Assembly: GCF_036365525.1 (NCBI RefSeq)
Contig: NC_090416.1
Location: forward strand, 15,038,945-15,102,944
Direction: 5' to 3'
Origin: Heterodontus francisci
Taxonomy: Eukaryota
DNA length: 64,000 nt
Below the pieces are notes generated by a model. The model did no database searches. It was given only the letters and a program-made list of their open reading frames with translations, and had not been told where the DNA came from. This document shows, in pieces, positions 63,296-64,000 of this stretch. The translations under genes were made by a program, and so were the position numbers. The number at the start of each line of letters is the position of its first letter. The stretch's first letter is position 1.

Positions 63296-64000
63296 CTATG
63301 AGAGAAAACAGAAACCACTAACATGATCCACACCATCATCAGAGGTATAGGGGGCTGCCATTCAGCCGCGCAAACATATTTCACCATTCATTTAGATCAT
63401 GCCTGATCTGTATCTTAACTCCATCTACCCACCTTAGTCAAGTAACCCTTCATCCCCTTACCAACAAAAATCTATCAATCTGAATGTTGACATTTTCAAT
63501 TGAGTTCCTAGCCGCAACAGCTTTTTGGGGGGAGAGAGTTCCAGATTTTCGCTCCACTTTGTAAATGTTCCCAGTGCTGCTGTTTATACCAGTCAACCGC
63601 TACACCTGCTAACCAACCCGGCTGACAATGCACTGTAAAGGTACTTCCATGTGAGACGGTCTGAACGGCCAGAGTCTGGGATACTGCCTGAGAGACAGTA
63701 ACTGAGAGAACTAAATAATCACAAGAGGGTCTCTTATGGCAGAAAAAATACTGTTTGATATGTGGAAACTGCTACAACAGTAAACTATAAACTGGGCCAT
63801 CGTGTCATTAATGATCAGCAAACATAATTGGGTCAAACGCTGAGGTTAAACTTGAGGCAATAACGCGAGAAAGAGACAGAGACACTTTACAGCCATTGAA
63901 ATCATCTTTGAAGTGTAGTCGCTGTTGCAATGTAGGAAACACCGCAGACAAATTTGCACACAGCAAGATCCCACAAACAGCAATGTGATAATGACCAGAT

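Larger units (their letters stand above)
50620..63560. repeat. Segmental duplication unit 2, paralog of 7615-20900
   Basis: See unit 1. The order is the same: orphan TM exon (-), conserved non-coding blocks, A gene (+), B last exon (-). Confidence 0.9.

Overview
Eukaryotic, repeat-rich genomic DNA from a cartilaginous fish (shark-type CR1 LINEs, tRNA-derived SINEs, and a cluster-type Ig light chain). 1.3-5.6 kb holds one split, RSS-bearing Ig light-chain cluster (L-V-12RSS / 23RSS-J / C) resembling shark type I (NS5/sigma-cart), with several signs of decay. 7.6-64 kb is a tandem array built by segmental duplication that encodes a non-rearranging, antigen-receptor-like multigene family. Each gene is leader + germline-joined V(J) exon + C1-set exon + uncharged TM exon with a stalk Cys + small cytoplasmic exons ending in a YxxL (ITIM/ITSM-like) motif. 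There are two divergent subfamilies, A on the + strand and B on the - strand, mostly in tail-to-tail pairs: A1/B0, B1, A3/B2, A2/B3. Only B1 (29998-32318, minus) is fully intact in my reconstruction. A1 and A2 have intact V domains, but each has independently lost the in-frame TM connection, and the rest are pseudogenes or fragments. The remainder is CR1 and other LINE fragments, SINEs and a Harbinger Myb/SANT remnant. All exon models were read by eye from splice sites and phase; no database search or expression data were available.
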